A stretch of DNA of 64,000 nt from Podarcis melisellensis (lineage: Eukaryota): assembly GCA_964234715.1 (NCBI GenBank), contig OZ174275.1. One strand, given 5' to 3'. The notes beneath the pieces are model-generated. The model was not told where the DNA came from and ran no database searches. It was given only the letters and a program-made list of their open reading frames with translations. The number at the start of each line of letters is the position of its first letter. Positions within the stretch are counted from its first letter, which is position 1. A program made the translations under genes and the position numbers. Shown here in pieces: positions 12,601 through 22,261 of the stretch.

Positions 12601-15600
12601 ATTTCTTTAAGGTTCCTGATAGCGTGTCAAACCATCTTTCAAAGGGGGCTAGAGTAGTTCCCAGTCTGAAGCTAGCACTTGCTGGATTTAGGTTATATAA
12701 GCATATGACACTCTATCATCCCACATTTAGAAAGCTGAGCTCCTGTCTTTTTGTTGATGTGCCATTTGAGAGTCTGAGGCCTTGTCCAAGCCCTCAGAAC
12801 AGATGCTTCCTCCCTTAAATCAAGTTTTAGCATTTTGCTTTTTGGACTTTGTAGTCCCCGGAGCATTACCTTATTGGAGCTGTAAACTGCTGTATGTTAA
12901 ATCGCTTTTTAAAAGCCCACTTGATGTGTTTATCTTCTTGTGGTAGTTATGCTACCATTTAGCTCCTCAGTTAGCCACGTCTCCTAAATTCATCACTTTA
13001 AAAAATAATAATCTAAGATTCTAATTCCAACTCACCCAGATTCAGTAATTTCTTCAGCCACAGCAACATGACCTGAATGAGAAGAGACATGAGGTTACAT
13101 CTCCAACAAAGTCAAACATCCGCAGAAGCATCCTGGCTCTTACACAGCACCTCACAATATATAACAGCATCCTGGACCTCCTTAAGCACCACTGGGATCT
13201 ACCAGTGGCTAAGGGACAAGTGCTCAAATTTTAAAATCTTCAGTACTGGAAAAATCATTTGCTGTGACTGGAAAAGTTTTCGCTAATTCCGCCTGGTAAG
13301 GAGTCTGAAACACATTCTCAGACAGACACCTGACAATGGTTAATTTATACTCCAGGACTACTTTCTGTAGCATATACAGAATGCATTAGCTTCCCTACAT
13401 CACAAAATTGTCAGCAAGCAATAAGCTGGATGCAGCTGTTCCTTTTGTAGCTGGAGGATGAGAGTAGGATGTTGTGATGTGCTTTGTGAGACAGTGTATA
13501 CAGATCTCGTGGTGGCCACTATTTTTCTTTTATTTAAAATGTTTATTGCCCATTATTCACTGCACATGCTAATTCCAAAGCAGGTTACAAATTAACACAA
13601 ATCTACACACATCACTGGCAGGCATCCCAAACATTTTATGACCATGCCTCTTCTCATTGGAGAGCCAGTGTGGTGTGGTGGTTAGGAGCGGTAGTCTCAT
13701 AATCTGGAGAACCGGGTTCACGTCTCCGCCCCTCCACATGCAGCTGCTGGGTGACCTTGGGCCAGTCACACTTCTCTGAAGTCTCTCAGCCCCACTCACC
13801 TCCCAGAGTGTTTGTTGTGGGGGAGGAAGGGAAAGGAGAATGTTAGCTGCTTTGAGACTCCTTAAAGGGAGTGAAAGGCGGGATATCAAATCCAAACTCT
13901 TCTTCTTCTTCTTCTTTGGAGCCTCTGGCTATGCACACATTTATGTAAGCACTTGGCAGTGATTGTTCCACAGCAGCTTCATGTCTCTGGATCACTTTCC
14001 TCTGAGATACAAAGTTGATGCATCGCCCCAAACTGGCAGAAGACCTACCTTCTCAGCTGGCAACTGATGGGCAGCAAGTATGGGACATTTTGGCAGCATC
14101 CACCTATCCCAAGAACCAACTATTGCTAAGTGCCCCCAAAGCTAAATGATAGCAGTAGGTTTCCCCTAGATGTACTTAAGGCCTGCACCACATGACTTAG
14201 GATAGATTTAAAAAATAGGAAGCAGGTGTTTCAAGACAAAGTCTCACTGAGTATAGAGTAAAATTATTCCAATACATCACCTTCAATTTTAAACCTTACT
14301 TTTGCCTTGAGTTATTGGAAACTACAAAGGAAGTTATCAAGAGAGTGGAAAGAAGCCTAACCAAAATAATAAATAAAGAAAAAAATCTTAAATATTGGAA
14401 GCATTTTGCAGTTCATATCAAGCAAGCCTGCTACAAGGTAAAAACAGCAACACTTTTTTTGGTACTCTTATCTCACATTATTGAAACTTACAACTTTCAT
14501 GCCTAGCAGATAATGACTGCTGGGATGTTTTCCGCTTTGACAAAGACTTCCGACTAGATCTCCGGATCATTCTTTCCCTTTTAGTACTGAGTGAGTATCT
14601 CTCAGCCATAGAGGCTCTGGAGGTCCTGCTTAGGCGGACTGAGCGACGGTTTGCTTTTGAAGTAGTGGGTGCTTGTGAGCTCTGGTTTAACTTCTGAGCA
14701 GCCTCTGATTCAGAAGCCCAGCGGTCCTCTTGGTTCTGGGCACTTGGTTCTTGGTTCTGAGTGCCGGATTCTTTGTTTTCAGCGGCACCGGGTACTTCTG
14801 CTATTTTCATCTTGCATATTCCCCGTCCCTCTTTTATTTCGGCTTCAGGAGTTTCTTTCGCCACAAGGCAAGTTTTGGTCAAAGGTGATTTCTTTATAGG
14901 AGACCCCTCCTCAGATAATTTAAGAGTCAAATCAGCTGTATCTGTCTGAGGTAGCACTTTTTTTGCCTGCAGTTCTGCACTACGCCTCTCATTAGCACTG
15001 ATTACTACTAGTGGTAACCGATCTTTGGCTAAATTGAAAGATAGTTTCTTAAGAGGAGCATCTGAGACGCTGGCAGATGAGGCAGCCCGAGATCTAGTAA
15101 CACGATGACAAGGCGAGGCATTCTCTACATTGATTTCCAAGTTTTTCCGACTTCGGGTAATACGTTTGGAAAATAACCGAGTACTCTCTCTTCTTGACAA
15201 CCTGATAAAAGAAACACATTGTAAGGAAATCAATGGGGACTAAGCTCACTGCATGCCAAAGCTGGCAGAAATGGAGTCATAAAACCAATTTGGTGTTGCA
15301 AGGGACAATAGCGTAGCTGAACTGAAAAATCCTAGACAAACTGAGTGAGAAATGTTACATCAACAATTTACCACTTATATATCATTCAAACCTTGGGCTG
15401 ATGAAATTACTGTGAATCAGTATTTATTTTAAAGATTTATACCTTGTCTTTTGATTCAGGGTAACTATGTTGCTTACATCAGACAACAGACTAAGAGACT
15501 GGCTGATGGACAGGGACAGACAGAGGGATTCCTTTCAGATTTGCAGTCCTAGGACACCTGGTAGATGGAGTTAGGAAAGTCCTATCCTTGTTGTGATGTG

Positions 15601-16924
15601 CTTTGTGAGGTAGTGTGTGGAGATCTCCTGGCGGTAATTATTTTTAATTTTAAAAAACATTTACAATCCATCCCTCGTTACAAAAGCACAAAAGCACACA
15701 TTTTTAAATCTTCAAAATATATTTAGCTAATCAAATAAACACTGCAACCCAATCTAGTCATTTTCCTGAAGTAACAACTAGGAATTTTAAACATTATCTT
15801 CCAGATTATTCCCTGCTACGTAGCCCACAAATACATTCCCTACCTCTTTGTAGCAAAGTGATCATTCTTAACAGAAGAAAAACGCTTCTTTTTCCTATGA
15901 CTCTTCTGTGATGGTGTTTTTGGCATCAGCTCAGGTTCATCACTGGAGCCACTATTTTGAGATAAGAGCAGCAGTTTAAATTCTGGTCTGCTAAGTGCCT
16001 TTACCTAGGAATATTGCCAACTACTCACTGAATTTCTTATTTCAGACCAATTCACAAAATTCATGCTGTAGGATTGGAACAATCAAGGTATCGATTCCTA
16101 CAGAGGAATTGGAGACCAAGAATGTCAACATTTTCCTCAGAAACAATGGCTTGATGACAGGCTAAAATTGAAGGTATCCCACTTTCATTCAAAGTTCATC
16201 TTTCAAGTTCTCATTTTGGTAAAGACTAGGAAAAAACATTGTTTGAAGTTCAGGATATTGTTTGCAGCTTGGGATTCTTTTACCAAAGCCAGTCTGGTTT
16301 CTGACCCTGGCACAGCATCAAACTTCCTGAAACCCAGAGACTAATGACACTGAATAAGATGGTAGCCTGATACAATAAAATTCTGTACTGTACTACATCT
16401 GACGGAGTAATCACTTTGTTGTATACTCCCACATGAGAAAACACATTAATACTGTAACATATTCTCTAATAATATAGCATATGAGAATTATATGCCCTAC
16501 AATTGTAGCTTTAGCTTCCAAGTATGTAATCTCGCTTTGGGGTAAAACCAAAAAGCTCAACAACTTCAATCCTAAAAAAACTTTGGTCGGCCCTCCCTCA
16601 CGGCCCTTCACTTCATCAAATCTTTTCGAAAAAAGTTTGGACACCACTGACTTATGGCAACCAGCTAACATCCAACCAGAAGCATTCATTCTGTCTTGCC
16701 AGAGTAGTGCAGGCTCTGGTTATCTCCCGCTTGGACTACTGCAATGTGCTCTATGTTGGGCTACCTTTGAAGGTGACTTGGAAACTACAACCAATCCAGA
16801 ATTCGGCAGCTAGACTGGTGACTGGGAGTGGCTGCCGGGACCATATAACACTGGTCCTAAAGGATCTTCACTGGTTCCCAGTACGTTTCCAAGCACAATT
16901 CAAAGCCCTAAATGGCCTTGTCCC

Positions 16925-16972
<48 letters not shown>

Positions 16973-17636
16973 TTGAATTTGAATTTATATACCGCCCTAT
17001 ACCCAAGGGTCTCAGGGTGGTTCAATATACCTGGAGCATTTCTACCCCCACTGCTCAGCCCAGACACCAAAATCCTCCTCTGAGGGTCTGCTGCTGGTTC
17101 CTTCACTACGAGAAGCAAAGTTACAGGGAAACAGGCAGAGGGCCTGCTCGGTAGTGGCACCGTCCCTGTGAAATGCCCTCCCTTCAGATGTCAAGGAGAT
17201 AAAAAACTACACAACTTTTAGAAGACACCTGAAGGCAGCCCTGTATTGGGAAGTTTTTAATATGTGATGTTTTATTATGTTTTTAGATATGCTGTAAGAC
17301 ACCCAGATGGGCGGGCTGTAAAATAAATAAAGTAAATATCTTTTCCTTGCAGATTTACCGTTGCCTTGATTTAAAATTAATCTAGCGTGGGTAACAAACC
17401 TAGTCTTAACCTATGGTTATGGGCTGTTGCGATTTCAATGGATTCATAGAACAAAAAACTCATGCTTTGGGGCACCATTTCTAGATCTCTTGCTCATACC
17501 TCGTAAACATCTTTTTAGCCTCTTCAATAATCTCATCCATCCACACACAGTCATTGTTGTCAATATTTTGTAGAAATTCAGCAAGTTTCTTCCTTGCACG
17601 TTCTTCCGGCATCACTGGGTTCCCCATCTTCCACAT
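508..17636 (-). CDS. INCENP: Inner centromere protein, copy A (ancestral orientation relative to FTH1); 3'-partial, final IN-box exon lies left of the window
   Basis: 17 GT-AG exons join in one frame (2320 nt = 773 codons + 1 nt): 17636-17500, 15951-15844, 15201-14492, 13072-13036, 11277-11250, 10690-10600, 7282-7231, 6763-6649, 6565-6428, 5862-5851, 4485-4376, 4289-4169, 3826-3704, 3023-2851, 2359-2245, 2037-1939, 658-508. Hallmarks: EFLxNxDNxDxVWxxEI, [27 protein letters not shown], long [29 protein letters not shown]. Confidence 0.95.
722..857 (-). mobile_element. tRNA-Lys-derived SINE with CR1-type tail (POMSINE-like)
   Basis: Minus strand reads agttggtaaagcatgagactcttaatctc...ggttcaa...gtccttccaactctacaattctgtgatt; a second copy lies at about 27127-27260. 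Confidence 0.75.
1939..2037 (-). CDS. INCENP: INCENP-A exon (end of SAH)
   Basis: NAGNAG acceptor (2037 or 2034); (Q)[32 protein letters not shown]|gtgagc. Confidence 0.9.
2245..2359 (-). CDS. INCENP: INCENP-A SAH exon
   Basis: [38 protein letters not shown]|gtaagt; phases 2/0. Confidence 0.9.
2851..3023 (-). CDS. INCENP: INCENP-A SAH exon
   Basis: [28 protein letters not shown]...EQERLQAQR|gtaaga. Confidence 0.92.
3704..3826 (-). CDS. INCENP: INCENP-A SAH exon
   Basis: [41 protein letters not shown]|gtaagg. Confidence 0.93.
4169..4289 (-). CDS. INCENP: INCENP-A SAH exon
   Basis: [40 protein letters not shown]|gtgaac. Confidence 0.94.
4376..4485 (-). CDS. INCENP: INCENP-A first SAH exon
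   Basis: [37 protein letters not shown]|gtatgc; 110 nt. Confidence 0.93.
5851..5862 (-). CDS. INCENP: INCENP-A 12-nt micro-exon (RGFV)
   Basis: tcttctcttcgtacag|CGGGGGTTTGTT|gtaagtaac; same position as the human CSFV segment. Confidence 0.8.
6357..6412. repeat. (AAAAC)n microsatellite
   Basis: About 11 perfect units. Confidence 0.95.
6428..6565 (-). CDS. INCENP: INCENP-A exon (pre-SAH phospho-regulatory region)
   Basis: [46 protein letters not shown]. Confidence 0.93.
6649..6763 (-). CDS. INCENP: INCENP-A exon
   Basis: [38 protein letters not shown]|gtaagt. Confidence 0.93.
7231..7282 (-). CDS. INCENP: INCENP-A exon
   Basis: [18 protein letters not shown]|gtatgt; ends in PQSAR like human. 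Confidence 0.85.
7400..9490 (-). mobile_element. Degenerate L2/CR1-clade LINE (reverse transcriptase region and 3' end)
   Basis: Frameshifted remnants [33 protein letters not shown] (decayed YADD) and [16 protein letters not shown]. Confidence 0.85.
8087..8216. mobile_element. Penelope-like fragment nested in the LINE
   Basis: Contains gtagccgtgttggtctg...gcaccttaaagaccaac...atgagctttc; flanked by the 11-bp direct repeat GAGTCTCAAGA (8076-8086 and 8217-8227). Confidence 0.7.
9765..10238 (+). mobile_element. L2-type LINE fragment (end of endonuclease plus linker), inverted relative to 7400-9490
   Basis: Translates to [17 protein letters not shown] and [21 protein letters not shown]-like motifs. 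Confidence 0.65.
10600..10690 (-). CDS. INCENP: INCENP-A exon
   Basis: ttgttgcag|[31 protein letters not shown]|gtcagt; a phase-1 end is required by the next exon. Confidence 0.75.
11250..11277 (-). CDS. INCENP: INCENP-A 28-nt exon
   Basis: ttttctctcttag|ATTGATG...CAGAAG|gtaagt; phases 2/0 fit both neighbours. Confidence 0.75.
12095..12222. other. Assembly gap (128 N)
   Basis: Run of N in an INCENP-A intron; the flanking exon phases join without needing a hidden exon. Confidence 1.
13036..13072 (-). CDS. INCENP: INCENP-A 37-nt exon
   Basis: ctcattcag|GTCAT...TCTGG|gtgagt; [13 protein letters not shown]. Confidence 0.78.
13659..13916 (+). mobile_element. Squam3-like tRNA-derived SINE
   Basis: GGAGAGCCAGTGTGGTGTGGTGG head with box B-like GGTTCAC and a (CTT)n tail. 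Confidence 0.8.
14492..15201 (-). CDS. INCENP: INCENP-A large disordered-region exon with HP1-binding PxVxI
   Basis: Within ORF 14478..15233; LSRRES...HRVTR...[14 protein letters not shown]...AERYSL; T|gtaagt donor. Confidence 0.93.
15844..15951 (-). CDS. INCENP: INCENP-A exon (T59-type CDK site, basic motif)
   Basis: [36 protein letters not shown]. Confidence 0.93.
16690..17335 (+). mobile_element. L2 LINE 3' fragment interrupted by an (AAT)n-tailed inverted insertion (about 16926-17025)
   Basis: [18 protein letters not shown]...[13 protein letters not shown], typical of the L2 ORF2 C-terminus. Confidence 0.8.
17500..17636 (-). CDS. INCENP: INCENP-A first coding exon (CEN box, Survivin/Borealin-binding helix)
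   Basis: Acceptor at 17644, ATG at 17636 (second in-frame ATG at 17627); [30 protein letters not shown]; AG|gtatga. Confidence 0.92.
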
Positions 17637-20149
17637 GGCTTGGCCTGCAAAAATGAAAGAGACTTCTTGCTCAAGGCACAAAAAAACAAAAATCCATTCA
17701 TCTCCCCACAAATGGTAGGACGTATATTGCAACAATGTAAAACAGCATCATGCTGCTGCAAAACTCAAATGGTTTTCTCAACCTTCTGCCTACCTCCTAT
17801 ACCTCAAGGCCACTCTACATCTTAAAAACAGAAGTGAGCAAAAGGAAGCAGGATCTGTGGCTTTCACTACACATCTCTTGCAAAAAATATAACCAGACAG
17901 CCAGTGTCAACTGCTGCAACCTCTCACATGTTCCCATTAAATATTGTTATAGTGGTGGGGGGGGGGGACTATACCCTAGAGATTATTAAATGGCTGGATT
18001 TTGATTACTGGAATGTGAAGGGAGAAATATAAGCTGCAGAGAAATTCCTGAGCTGGCCTATGCAAAATGACCTGGCCAAGCTAGGGTTAACTAAAAAACA
18101 CACCTGTCCAGACAGGTATTCGGAAGGTTGCCATGGTAACTATGTTTGAGGCAACAGGAAAAGGGAACCTGGTAGCAATGTGTACTGGGAAAAAGAAGCA
18201 GGAAGAGGGCTGGGATCTATCTTTGGGTGGGCTATCTGCAGAGTTGGGTTGGAGAGATGCCTTGGACTCCAGGGCTGCACTGCTGTGGGGTACAAGTTCC
18301 TTTTGAAATGACCATGCTGTAAGGTCTGGAATCCCTCCATGCAGACTAAAAGTGTAAATAGGTGAATAAACCATATTTCTTAAAGCTACAACAGCCTCTG
18401 CCGTGTCTCAGTTTTCGAAAGGAACAGAGACACTGGGTGAGTGCCTGGAGCCCCATTGACTCTTGCCACCATTCGGCAGAGAGAAGGGTAGGCACCCAAC
18501 TATATGCCATTTTAATTTTTTTAAAAATACATGTTGTCACATACGCATTGGGACAGGAGGAACGCCTACTTCTGTAATGTGTGACACAGCCCTGAGGCTG
18601 CAATCCCATGTCCCGGGAGCCAGTGCAGCTATTAAGGCCCTCACTGAACACAGAACTACTGCTGAATAAGGACACACATGATTGTCGTGCAAAGTTGTAA
18701 ACTTACATACAAGATACATGCAGTAACAATCTCAGTTTTTACCTAGCATTTGTTTGTGCAAATATCTTTTTCATAAATAATGCTCCTCCTGATGTTAATA
18801 TCCAGTGGATATTAAGCAAGCACTCAACCTATTTTTTGCACTACGCTTTTACACCTCCTTCAACGCTAGCTTTGCTTCCCCTCCCTATGGCCATTTTGCA
18901 TGCTTCTCCTCCGCCCACCTCCTTCCTGCCATTTCCGCTTTCCCAGAGATTCAAAAACATCACACATGCCCACAAATTTATATTTTAAATAGATAAAATC
19001 TATTCCACAGTTGAAATGGGAGCAGTTAATAGTAATCAAAGGAAAAATTCAAGTGCTACCATATTGAACTGGGGAACAGGTACCTCCCAATAAAAAAGCA
19101 GTCAGAAAAGACAGGAGTCCCCATTCTTCCTAGTCTGAATCTTATTTAGTATGCAAACTTTTTTAAAGAACAGTGCAAATCTGTATGCAAATCAAAGGAA
19201 TGCAAGCCTTGGCATGAAGCTGAGTGCTGGATATGACTTGAGATATGTTTTCTTAACAGAAAGTATGTTAATCTTCACCAAGCCATAGGAAAATGCTACA
19301 GAATTGTTGCAAAACTACCTTACCTCAGACAACCAACTGAGTATTCAGAATTAAGTACACTACAGGGCTTTTAAAATTCAATTCCCTCTCTCTCAGCAGC
19401 AGCCACAGACTCTTCCAAACTGCAGTATGGAATGACAAACTACTTTACCTCGAATTTGCACTGACAAACAATTGTTGTTTTTTTTAAATGCAAAAACAAG
19501 CTATTTCACAGCAGAGTCACAAGCAGCATTGACACCTGTCTTTGCTGCCACCTTTTGCTTGGAGCACACAACTTAAAATCTTAGCTTTCTCTATTTCTAT
19601 GGATGATTCCAATTTCCCCAGGAAAGGGAGACTTAATAATGGTTTATACAGAAGCGACTTTTTCTAACTTCAAATTCACTCTGCCTTTTTGATATCTCCA
19701 TTTTTCTCCTCCCATTCCTCCTGTTCGGGCTTGCCCTGCTAAATTCAAACGGTACCTGGCAGCCGAATACGGAAACGAAGAGACTCTCTTGTTACTGAGA
19801 ACGAGCTGATGGAGAGTAAATACCCCTGAACTTGTGTATGCTTACAATACCTCCCTGCAGTCTAGCCTGACCCTCAGCCCACCAGTTCCCGAAAGAGTCG
19901 CCAAGCAGCCTGGCATCCCCTCCGAATAGTTCCCAGGCTGCAACCCTATAAAAGACCCGCTTACCCAGACCACGTCCTATAAAGAGGTTGGGGTGGGGGT
20001 GAGGAAACCTACTGAAGCCCAAGGAGAGCGCAGCTACGACCTCTTCGCGCACCAATTTGCATTCGAGCCATGCAAAAAGAATAGGTTTTTGTAAGCTCCT
20101 GTCCATTCCCAAACACAAGCCTGGTCAGTAACACATGGTGTTAGGCATA

Positions 20150-21480
20150 AAGGCCATGGACGAGAGCCAGTGAGAGGGGCGGAATGGATGACGCCTCGAG
20201 GGCCGGGTAGAGATGCCTGGAGGGCCGCATTTGAACACCCCCCACCCGCGCAAAGCTCTGTAAGGCTTCTCAGGCGCCCCCTCCGCTCCAGACACCCACC
20301 ACGCCCGCCGAGACGCCACCTACACCCTCTCCCCGGCTCTCTGCCGCAGCCGGCCGAGCAACGGCCGGTGTCCCCAGGAGACCGACCTCCGAAAGCCTCC
20401 CCTCGTGCCCGCTTTCCCCCCTCCACGGCTTGTAAACTCACTTGGGTGGGTTGGGCCCCCGTCGCTCCGCCGCAGGTCCCGTTTGTCCGGCCGCCGCACG
20501 AGCCGGAGAGCACCTCACGCCAAACGAGTAAAACCGCCCAGGGTTCGGTACGTCAGGCACGCCGCCCGCTCCTATTTTCAAAGAGCGTCACCGCCGCCGC
20601 GCTCCAATGGGAAGCGCGGTTTTTCAGAGCGGCGCCTGCTATTGGCTCAGACGCGACTGGGCGAGACAGGAGGGGAAGGGCTCGGAAGTCTTTCCGCCGG
20701 CTCACTGTCTGGCTTTGAGTTTCCGCTTCGTGCTGGAGGGACGGCGGGTGGGCGGGCGGCTGGAGGTGACTGGCGCTTTCAAACTTGGGGGATTTAAACA
20801 TCAGCGCGGGTAAACCGGAGGTAGCCGTTCGTTCTTGCTGCAACCTGAGGCTGTTGGCCTTCGGGGGGTTTTTCAGCAGAAAATAACAAAAAATGGGGCA
20901 TGTCTGGGAAGAAAACCTTCACCGCTGCACTTTAAAAGGGCTTTAACAGCCCCGACATATTTACGTTTGCATTGGCAGGACAACGTTCTCGTTTCCTTTC
21001 CATCGCGCACGAACACAAATGTGAGCTTACAAGAGCACGACCGCCTTTCTTTGTTGGTCCAGCTGCCCAGTCCCAGCTCCCATAAAGTCCCAGACTTCTC
21101 CTTTGTCTCCAATAAGTAGCTGTGCCCTCATTCCTCCCCCGCCCCCCGCATCAAAATTCAAAAAAAAAAGCAAATGGTCCCGTCCTCGAACAAAGGAATG
21201 GTCTGGTCTGTACTATTTTTAAAAATCTCGAATTCGGGGCTTGACAAACTAGGAAAGAATCCGTCTCCTTGTTCATCTCGGGGTGGGGATGCAACGTCCT
21301 CTTTAAGATTTAACTTACAAAGGCTGCAGCCAATAGGCGTCGTCTATTCGTATAATCCGCCCTCTCTGCGCGTGAGCCGCGATGTAGCTGCGCTGCGGAA
21401 GGGGTGAGAAGGCGCGCGAGGGGGCGGGCGCTCGCTTCGAATGCTGAGGCGGGCGGAGGGCGTTCTGCTGTGTTGTTTTT
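20150..21480. promoter_or_regulatory. CpG island / bidirectional promoter shared by the two INCENP copies
   Basis: CpG-dense between the divergent genes. Minus-strand donor gtgagt at 20441-20436 (probable non-coding exon 1 of copy A). CHR TTTGAA on minus at 20577-20582; CCAAT 20604-20608; ATTGG 20641-20645; CCAAT 21330-21334; GC box followed by TTCGAA at 21436-21441. Confidence 0.75.
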
Positions 21481-22124
21481 AAGAATTCAGGCACTTACCG
21501 TGCAAGTTTTAGGTGTGCTCCCTGCAGGGTTTGCAGTTTGCCTCTTTCTGGGCAAGCGACGGAGAACTTAAGTTTGTTTCCTTGGATTTGCTATTAACTA
21601 GCAGGTTCTGAGCATTTTCCTCCAGCTTTGCTCGACTCCTTTATCTTGGTAGGGAGGGAGCGGCTTGCGCTCATCCTCTTTTTCCCTTTCTTATATTACC
21701 CAGGAAGCTCTCTCCCCATTCAGCCCCTGGCAAGCAGCAAAGGAGTTAAACAATTTGCAAACGTAATGGCGCTTAATCTAACTCTTCTAAAAGCAAAATC
21801 TAATCAGGCTAGTTGAAAAGTAACCGTTCCTAACCGTATTGAAAACCCGGGCAGCGTTGGCTTCCTAGTTTCTCCCTATTACTGATTTTGCATGATGTAA
21901 GTTGTTTAACATTACATATGTATAAGTTGATGGTTACTCTTCGTTTGTCTTTCTGGCCTGTTAGCTTTCTCGCTCAACTTCAGTTTCCATGGCAGACTCA
22001 GACAAGCACGTTTGTAAGAAAATTGGTTGGTTGTCAATATTATCTGCTGCTAGGAGGAAATCACTATGCAATCAAATGCAGAATGCAATGATTAATGTAT
22101 TTTTCTCCTGTTTTAACCAGTGCC

Positions 22125-22261
22125 ATGGCAGAGGCAGGAGGCCCCACTCATCTTCTAGATGTTTGTAGCCGGAAGTTCACAGAATTCTTGTTCAATGCTG
22201 AACATAAATGCTTGGTGTGGTTGCGGGAAATCGAGGACGAAGCCCTGAAGATGTTTGATAG
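22125..22261 (+). CDS. INCENP-B first coding exon (CEN box)
   Basis: ttaaccag|TGCCATGG; [45 protein letters not shown]; AG|gtaggc. Confidence 0.92.

Noticed and set aside
12870-12890. Possible small INCENP-A exon ending AATAAG|gtaatg
   Set aside because: It introduces a TAA in the required frame, and the 13036->11277 join is already in phase.
13470-15660. Shared block TGTTGTGATGTGCTTTGTGAG at 13470 and 15589 as duplicated intronic snoRNAs
   Set aside because: No convincing C/D or H/ACA box arrangement on the transcribed strand; more likely an old dispersed repeat.
20034-21119. Long overlapping ORFs in the CpG island (up to 182 aa)
   Set aside because: Expected from stop-codon scarcity in GC-rich DNA; no recognisable protein.
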